Part shown: positions 56,136-61,861 of the stretch, piece after piece
Numbering within the stretch: position 1 is the first letter of the stretch
How the letters are laid out: the number at the start of each line of letters is the position of its first letter
From: Eubacteriales bacterium
GTDB lineage: Bacteria > Bacillota > Clostridia > Oscillospirales > CAG-272
Direction of reading: 5' to 3'
DNA: 61,861 nucleotides
Assembly (NCBI GenBank): GCA_045657105.1
Contig: JAZOSN010000042.1
Span: 1-61,861 of the forward strand
Program-made: the position numbers and the translations under genes
Notes under the pieces: generated by a model
Seen by the model: the letters and a program-made list of their open reading frames with translations, nothing else
The model's database searches: none
Told to the model about the DNA's origin: nothing

Positions 56136-57191
56136 TCAACCCAGTATCTTCTCTGCGGCGAACAGGAACGCTTCCATTTCGGCTCTCGTACCGATAGTTA
56201 TGCGGTTATATTTTTCAAGCCTCTCGCCCGAAAAATGACGGATAAGTATTCCGCGTTTTTTCATCTCCTCGGCAAATTTCGAGCCCGAGATGGCATCGTG
56301 ACCTGCAAGAACGAAGTTCGCCGCAGACTCAATGACCTCAAAGCCCATCGCTCGGAGCTTTTCGGTGACGAAAGCCCTCGTTTCGATTATCTTTTTCGCG
56401 TTATCATCGTAATATTTGCCGTTTCTCAGTGCCGCCTCGCCCGCTATCAGGGTGAGTCGGTTGATACTGTATGGGTTAGTCGAGAATTTAATTTTATTCA
56501 AATCCGCGATTATCTCTTTGTCGGCGAAGGCAAATCCGAGTCGCGCGCCTGCAAGACTTCTCGATTTTGAGTAAGTCCGCACGACGAGCAGATTTTTGTA
56601 GCTATCGAGCAGTTTTATTGCACTCTCGCCACCAAAATCTATATAAGCCTCGTCGATAAGCACCACGCTATCGGGGTTTGCGCAAAGTATCTTCTCGATC
56701 TCGCAAAGCGGCTTGAAAATTCCTGTCGGCGCGTTCGGATTGGCAATAACGATAAGCTTGCCGTTTTGGTCGAGATAATCCTCGGTCTTTATCGAAAAAT
56801 CATTGCAAAGCGGCTTTTTTTCGTAATTTGCGCCGTGAAGCTTTGCATACACCTCGTAAAATCCGTAGGTTATATCGGGGAAAACGACGCCCTTTTCGGA
56901 AAACGCCATGAATGCAAAGTTCAGAATATCGTCCGAGCCGTTCGAAACGAACACCTCGTCGGTATCGCGGTCGTAAAACTCGCCGAGTGCTTTGCGGAGT
57001 CCGAGGCAGTTTGGATCGGAGTACAGTCTGAGGTCGCAGAGCTCGCCGTGACCGATCGACACGAGCACTTCGGGTGACGGCGGATAAGGCGATTCGTTTG
57101 TGTTCAGTTTTATGTATTTTACGCCGAGCGGTTGTTCTCCCGGTGTATACGCCGTAAGCCCCTCGTATTTTTTATTTATAAATCTACTCAT
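56136..57191 (-). CDS. hisC: Histidinol-phosphate aminotransferase
   Basis: YTPGEQP, KLNTNESPY, NGSDD, NPNAPTG, DEAY, TYSKSRSLAGARLG. Confidence 0.96.
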   Translation of the reverse strand: MSRFINKKYEGLTAYTPGEQPLGVKYIKLNTNESPYPPSPEVLVSIGHGELCDLRLYSDPNCLGLRKALGEFYDRDTDEVFVSNGSDDILNFAFMAFSEKGVVFPDITYGFYEVYAKLHGANYEKKPLCNDFSIKTEDYLDQNGKLIVIANPNAPTGIFKPLCEIEKILCANPDSVVLIDEAYIDFGGESAIKLLDSYKNLLVVRTYSKSRSLAGARLGFAFADKEIIADLNKIKFSTNPYSINRLTLIAGEAALRNGKYYDDNAKKIIETRAFVTEKLRAMGFEVIESAANFVLAGHDAISGSKFAEEMKKRGILIRHFSGERLEKYNRITIGTRAEMEAFLFAAEKILG

Positions 57192-57199
57192 TGTTTTAT

Positions 57200-57387
57200 C
57201 GGAAAAACTTTTGGGAAAAGTTTTTCCATACCTTTTCAAAAGCTTTACGTGAGAAAACTTTTTTCAAAAAGTTTTCTCACACTCTTTCAAAAACTTTGCT
57301 AAATTTTTTCTTTAAAGTTTTTGAAGATTCCAAAGAAACTTTTTACAAAACGTTTCTTTGGCGGGTCCTTAGGGCAGAGCCCTAAGC
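57200..57387. repeat. AAAGTTTTTG-headed repeat cluster (two minus units, one plus unit with CTTAGGGCAGAGCCCTAAG tail)
   Basis: 57200-57300 matches 7093-7192; 57314-57387 matches 54003-54062. Confidence 0.9.
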
Positions 57388-58643
57388 CCTACGCTGCGAG
57401 CGTGAGCGGAGAGTCCTTCCTTTTCGGCAAAGGCGATAACGTCGTCTGCGACCTCGGAAAGAGCGTCCTTTGTGAAGTAGGTGTACTGCATCTTTTTAAC
57501 GAAATCGTCGACCGACAGGGGGCTCGAAAAACGCGCCGTTCCGCTTGTCGGGAGCGTGTGGTTGGGTCCTGCGAAATAGTCGCCGAGTGCCTCGGGGCAA
57601 TATCTTCCCATAAACACCGAGCCTGCATTCTTAACTCTGTCGAGAACCGCAAACGGATCGTCAAGACAAAGCTCAAGGTGCTCGGGAGCGATGTCGTTTG
57701 AAAGCTCGATCGCCTCGGCAAGATCGTCGGTAACGATTATTTTGCCGTTATCATCGACAGATGCGCGTGCGATATCGGCTCTCGGAAGGAGCGGTATCAT
57801 TCTTTCGATCTCGCTTGATACTGCTTTTGCAAGCGTAATACTGTCGGTGATAAGCACTGCGGTCGAGTTCTTGTCGTGCTCTGCCTGCGAGAGCATATCT
57901 GCGGCAACGTAGGTGGGATTTGAGTTTTTATCGGCAATTACAAGGATCTCGCTCGGTCCTGCGATCATATCTATCGCGACCTGTCCGTATACCTGTCTTT
58001 TTGCCTCGGCAACGAACGCGTTACCCGGTCCGACGATCTTATCTACCATCGGAACGCTCTCGGTTCCGTATGCAAGAGCCGCCACCGCCTGTGCTCCGCC
58101 GAGTGCGAAAACGCGGTCAACGCCTGCGACGTATGCCGCCGCGAGAATTGCGGGAGCTATCCTTCCGCCGCTCGCAGGGGAAACCATAACGATCTCGGGA
58201 ACTCCTGCGATCTTTGCAGGTATCGCATTCATAAGCACCGACGAGGGATATGCCGCCGTTCCGCCCGGAACGTAAAGTCCGACTCTTGCGAGAGGTATCA
58301 CCTTTTGTCCGGTAACTACGCCGTTTTTCTCATTTATAATAAAGCTGTTTCTTACCTGTCTTTTGTGGAAATTCTCGATGTTTTCTGCCGCGCGGCGGAG
58401 AATACCGACGAACTCCTCGCCGACCTCTTCTACCGCTCTTTCGATTTCCTGTCTTGAAACCTCTATCGAGTCAAGCTTTGCGTGGTCGAAGCGTTCGGTA
58501 TACTCGTAGAGCGCCGCGTCGCCTCTCTTTCGCACGTTTGCGATTATATCACTGACAATATCCTCAACGCCCGACGCCGAAAGCGAACGGTTGAAAAGCG
58601 TCCTTTTGTCAATATTCTTTATATCCTCAAATATTTTTATCAT
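57369..58643 (-). CDS. hisD: Histidinol dehydrogenase
   Basis: GLYVPGG, GGAQA, GPGN, AGPSE, SQAEH, APEHLE, GPNHTLPT. Confidence 0.97.
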   Translation of the reverse strand: MIKIFEDIKNIDKRTLFNRSLSASGVEDIVSDIIANVRKRGDAALYEYTERFDHAKLDSIEVSRQEIERAVEEVGEEFVGILRRAAENIENFHKRQVRNSFIINEKNGVVTGQKVIPLARVGLYVPGGTAAYPSSVLMNAIPAKIAGVPEIVMVSPASGGRIAPAILAAAYVAGVDRVFALGGAQAVAALAYGTESVPMVDKIVGPGNAFVAEAKRQVYGQVAIDMIAGPSEILVIADKNSNPTYVAADMLSQAEHDKNSTAVLITDSITLAKAVSSEIERMIPLLPRADIARASVDDNGKIIVTDDLAEAIELSNDIAPEHLELCLDDPFAVLDRVKNAGSVFMGRYCPEALGDYFAGPNHTLPTSGTARFSSPLSVDDFVKKMQYTYFTKDALSEVADDVIAFAEKEGLSAHARSVGLRALP

Positions 58644-58654
58644 CGTAAGACCTC

Positions 58655-59284
58655 TTATTTTACTATCTCGGCAAGCGAGGAATATATCCTCTCGATCGCC
58701 TCGTTCTTGAACTTGTAGCTCGCCTTGTTTGCAATAAGACGCGCGCTTATATCGACTATCTTTTCAAACGGAGCAAGATGGTTTTCATAAAGTGTCTTGC
58801 CCGTTTCGACGATATCGACGATAACGTCCGAAAGTCCGAGGATCGGCGCGAGCTCTATCGAGCCGTTGAGCGAGATTATATCTATCTCTCTGCGCTGTCT
58901 GTCGTAATATCCGCGGGCAATATTCGGGAATTTCGTCGCAACGCGGAGCGTTTTGTCGGGATCTGCGCGGTAGTCCTCCATAGCGGCGACCATCATTCGG
59001 CAAATGCCGACGTTAAGATCGAGAAGCTCGTAAACATCGGGCGAGTATTCGAGCAGAATGTCCTTGCCTGCGACGCCTATATCGGCGGCTCCTCTCTCGA
59101 CGTAGATCGAAACGTCAGACGGCTTTACCCAGAAATATCTGACTCCGACCTCGGGATTTTCATATATAAGCTTTCTGTTCTGCTCCTTGATCGAAGGACA
59201 GGGGTATCCTGCCGCCTCGAACATAGCGTAGACCTTTTCTCCAAGCCTTCCCTTTGGAAGTGCTATATTTACAAAATCAGACAT
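58655..59284 (-). CDS. hisG: ATP phosphoribosyltransferase, short form
   Basis: IALPKGRL, G.ADIGVAGKD, VATKFP, GSIELAP, DIVETG; ATG 59284 after GGAG. Confidence 0.96.
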   Translation of the reverse strand: MSDFVNIALPKGRLGEKVYAMFEAAGYPCPSIKEQNRKLIYENPEVGVRYFWVKPSDVSIYVERGAADIGVAGKDILLEYSPDVYELLDLNVGICRMMVAAMEDYRADPDKTLRVATKFPNIARGYYDRQRREIDIISLNGSIELAPILGLSDVIVDIVETGKTLYENHLAPFEKIVDISARLIANKASYKFKNEAIERIYSSLAEIVK

Positions 59285-59288
59285 CTTT

Positions 59289-60413
59289 TTATTCTCCAAG
59301 CTTTCTTATATCAACGACCTTCGAGCATCTTATATCGCTCGGCTTTTCTCTGCCCGACATCACGCTTTCGCCGTTTATGCTCAGTTTTTCAACTGCTTCG
59401 AATACTTCGGCAGGCGTGTTGTTCTCCCCGTAAATGAGGAAAACGTCGGCGTCGTACTCTGCCGCGCGAGAGTCAAGGCGTTCGAGCAGGTCAAGGTATA
59501 CGGCAAAGCCGATAGCTTCGCCCTCGCGTCCCATTTTTGAAAGCAGACTGTCGTATCTTCCGCCCGAGAGCACTCTGGTTGGGATCTTATCTATAAATCC
59601 TCTGAACGCTATTCCGCTATAATAGTGCATATCGTTTATGCCCGAAAAATCTATCCAGACCTTAGACGCCGCTCCGCTGTTTTTGAGAGCCTTGCAGATA
59701 AGAGCGAGCTCTTCAAGTGCTTTTTTTGCCCTGTCGGTCAGGCATATTTCGGGAAGAAGAGGAAGAGTGTCCTCGATTTTTCCGTAAGCGGAAACGAGCT
59801 TCGCAAATCTTTCTTTAAGCTCGGTAGAAACGCCTGCTTCCTCGCAGACGACTGCAACGCCGGCACGGTTTTTCTCTCCGATGCAGGCAAGCATTTTTGC
59901 TTTGAGCGCGCCCGAAAGTCCCGCCTCGCCAATAAGCTCGGAAAGAATTCCCATATGCGAAATATCGAGTATGTAATTATCGCTTATCTTTTCAAGACTG
60001 CGGACTGCGAGCATAATGACCTCGCAGACGTTATAGCTGTCAAGCTTTCCGAAGCATTCGAGTCCTGTCTGCATTATCTCTGCAAAATCCCCATGTCCGC
60101 CGACCGCAGATGCGCGGTAAACGGTTTCATTATAGTATATCTTGTTTACTCCCGTCGGGGATTCGGGCGTGTTCTTGATTATCGAAAGAGTCACGTCCGG
60201 TTTGAGTGCAAGCAGCTTTCCGCTCTCGCCCGTAAAGGTGATGACTCTGTCGCTTACAAGAAAATCCTTGTTGCGAACGTAAAGGTCGTACTCCTCAAAC
60301 TTACTCATCTTATACGGCTTATAGCCGAACGCTCTGTAAAGTCCGCGCAGAGAAAGCGACACCCTCTCCTGAGCCTTGAATATATTTTCACTTGTGCGGA
60401 TAATACCGTCCAT
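59289..60413 (-). CDS. hisZ: ATP phosphoribosyltransferase regulatory subunit
   Basis: ALKPDVT, Q.GLE, YYSGIAF, GGRYD, AIGFA (HisRS-like). Confidence 0.93.
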   Translation of the reverse strand: MDGIIRTSENIFKAQERVSLSLRGLYRAFGYKPYKMSKFEEYDLYVRNKDFLVSDRVITFTGESGKLLALKPDVTLSIIKNTPESPTGVNKIYYNETVYRASAVGGHGDFAEIMQTGLECFGKLDSYNVCEVIMLAVRSLEKISDNYILDISHMGILSELIGEAGLSGALKAKMLACIGEKNRAGVAVVCEEAGVSTELKERFAKLVSAYGKIEDTLPLLPEICLTDRAKKALEELALICKALKNSGAASKVWIDFSGINDMHYYSGIAFRGFIDKIPTRVLSGGRYDSLLSKMGREGEAIGFAVYLDLLERLDSRAAEYDADVFLIYGENNTPAEVFEAVEKLSINGESVMSGREKPSDIRCSKVVDIRKLGE

Positions 60414-60452
60414 TTTATTATCTGCCTTTCGCTTTTGTCTTTGATACTTGAC

Positions 60453-60481
60453 ATTTTACCACTTTAAAGCGATAAAGTCAA
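60453..60481 (-). promoter_or_regulatory. his operon promoter with a HisR-type operator
   Basis: Minus strand TTGACT-17bp-TAAAAT; palindrome CACTTTA-N6-TAAAGTC at 60460-60479 matches the Firmicute HisR box pattern ACTTTA-N6-TAAAGT. Confidence 0.75.
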
Positions 60482-60561
60482 TATAGATATTGTACAAATT
60501 TTGAGCCTTTTATATGTGAAATCATATAAAACCCATAAAATCGGTAGGCTTTTAAAAAATC

Positions 60562-60996
60562 CTACGCGTTTTCATCAGGTGCCGCGCTCTCGCAGTAGAT
60601 GCAGCGGTAGACGCGTCTGTCGCGGTCCGAAAGTCTGAACTCCTGACGAAGATCGGGCTCGACCGAGGTGATACATCTCGGGTTTTTACATCTTATAACC
60701 CCCGAAATTCTCTCGGGAAGCGTGAGCTTTTCTCTTTTTGCGAGCTTGCCGTCCTCGATTATATTTACAGTAATTCCGGGATCAATAAATCCGAGCAGGT
60801 CGAAATCGAGGTCGATTATCTCGCCTATTTTGATAATATCCTTTTTGCCCATCTTGGTACTGTCGGCGTTCTTTATCATGGCGACGGTACCTTCGAGCTT
60901 TTCGAGTCCGAGAATATTATAGATATATATTCCCTTGCCTGCGCTTATGTGGTCTATAACGATACCGTTTTTGAGTTGTCCGATAATCATATTCAA
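60562..60996 (-). CDS. pyrI: Aspartate carbamoyltransferase regulatory subunit
   Basis: NGIVIDHI, KKDIIKI, CKNPRCIT, CIYC; start may be TTG 60996 or ATG 60990. Confidence 0.95.
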   Translation of the reverse strand: MNMIIGQLKNGIVIDHISAGKGIYIYNILGLEKLEGTVAMIKNADSTKMGKKDIIKIGEIIDLDFDLLGFIDPGITVNIIEDGKLAKREKLTLPERISGVIRCKNPRCITSVEPDLRQEFRLSDRDRRVYRCIYCESAAPDENA

Positions 60997-61008
60997 AGCC
61001 CGCCTTTC

Positions 61009-61861
61009 TTATATTCTGCCTGCTTCTTTAAGAAGCATAAGAATAAGTGCCATTCTGATATATACGCTGTATTTTACCTGCTTGAAGTAGCAAGCTCGGG
61101 GATCATCGTCAACTGCAACCGAGATCTCGTTTACTCTCGGAAGCGGGTGGAGTATCGCCATATCGCTCTTTGCATGCGCGAGCTTGTCCGGACTCAGAAT
61201 GTAGGTGTCTTTGAGTCTTATATAATCCGCCTCGTTGAAGAAGCGCTCTCTCTGAACTCTCGTCATATAGAGTATATCGAGCTTGTCTATCGAGCCGACG
61301 AGATCGCTGGTTTCCTCGAACTCTGCGCCCGAAGGAATTATGACCTCATCTCTGATATAGTCGGGGATTTTAAGCTCCTCGGGAGAGATAAGCACGAATT
61401 TCACGTTCTTATATCTCGACATTGCCGAGATAAGAGAATGTACGGTACGACCGAATTTGAGGTCGCCGCAAAGTCCGACGGTAAGCCCGTCAAAGCCGCC
61501 CTTTTCGAGCTTTATTGTAATAAGGTCGGTAAGCGTCTGCGTGGGGTGATTATGACCGCCGTCGCCCGCGTTGATGATCGGAACCTCCGAGCGGAGCGTT
61601 GCCGCGAGAGCCGCACCCTCCTTCGGGTGGCGCATCGCGATTATATCAACGTAGTTCGAAACCGTTCTGACGGTATCCGAGAGGCTCTCGCCCTTGGCAG
61701 TCGAGGAGCTTTGCGCCTCAGAAAATCCGAGCACGTTTCCTCCGAGCTGATACATAGCCGATTCGAAGCTGAGTCTTGTTCTCGTAGAGGGCTCGAAAAA
61801 GAGTGTTGCAAGTCGTTTGCCCTTGCAAATTTCCGCATATTTTGCGGGATTTTTCATTATG
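61009..61861 (-). CDS. pyrB: Aspartate carbamoyltransferase catalytic subunit (5' end outside window)
   Basis: [45 protein letters not shown]. Confidence 0.97.
   Translation of the reverse strand, partial: IMKNPAKYAEICKGKRLATLFFEPSTRTRLSFESAMYQLGGNVLGFSEAQSSSTAKGESLSDTVRTVSNYVDIIAMRHPKEGAALAATLRSEVPIINAGDGGHNHPTQTLTDLITIKLEKGGFDGLTVGLCGDLKFGRTVHSLISAMSRYKNVKFVLISPEELKIPDYIRDEVIIPSGAEFEETSDLVGSIDKLDILYMTRVQRERFFNEADYIRLKDTYILSPDKLAHAKSDMAILHPLPRVNEISVAVDDDPRACYFKQVKYSVYIRMALILMLLKEAGRI

Noticed and set aside
60562-60996. pyrI as unusual for a Firmicute
   Set aside because: pyrBI is known in Clostridia

Overview
Chromosomal segment, most likely from a Bacillota/Clostridia genome. This is inferred from gene content, Firmicute-type S15 leader, HisR/ArgR boxes, sortase-type anchors and near-consensus sigma-A promoters. 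It is mostly housekeeping: rpsO (partial), recX-rimO-pgsA-holA-rnmV-nrdR-TSCPD-pgm, prs, TPP riboswitch-thiT, pfkA-comM, tRNA-Thr/tRNA-Tyr, argG-ABC-argF, recG, prmC-ddl, a complete hisZGDCBHAF(IE) operon followed by putP, and pyrB(partial)-pyrI. It also carries three large surface or secreted proteins (BspA-like LRR lipoprotein, LTD-CotH lipoprotein, repeat-rich sortase-anchored protein) and a small AT-rich accessory patch after tRNA-Tyr. No integrase, transposase, RT or CRISPR array is visible. The most interesting signals are non-coding: (1) an unassigned structured 5' leader at 42235-42388 that starts at the predicted TSS and has mutually exclusive terminator/antiterminator helices (orphan riboswitch/attenuator candidate); (2) a dispersed palindromic repeat family (about 14 units at 7 intergenic loci) with strict orientation, which supplies stop codons and may form split ribosome-binding sites; (3) a duplicated hairpin-array plus promoter module tied to a four-helix-bundle (Avd/IVP-like) gene; (4) GNA-triloop DNA mini-hairpins shared by several unrelated repeat elements; (5) two paralogous XRE switches with identical twin-operator geometry but different operator sequences. 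All family assignments come from motif recognition by eye, not from database searches.
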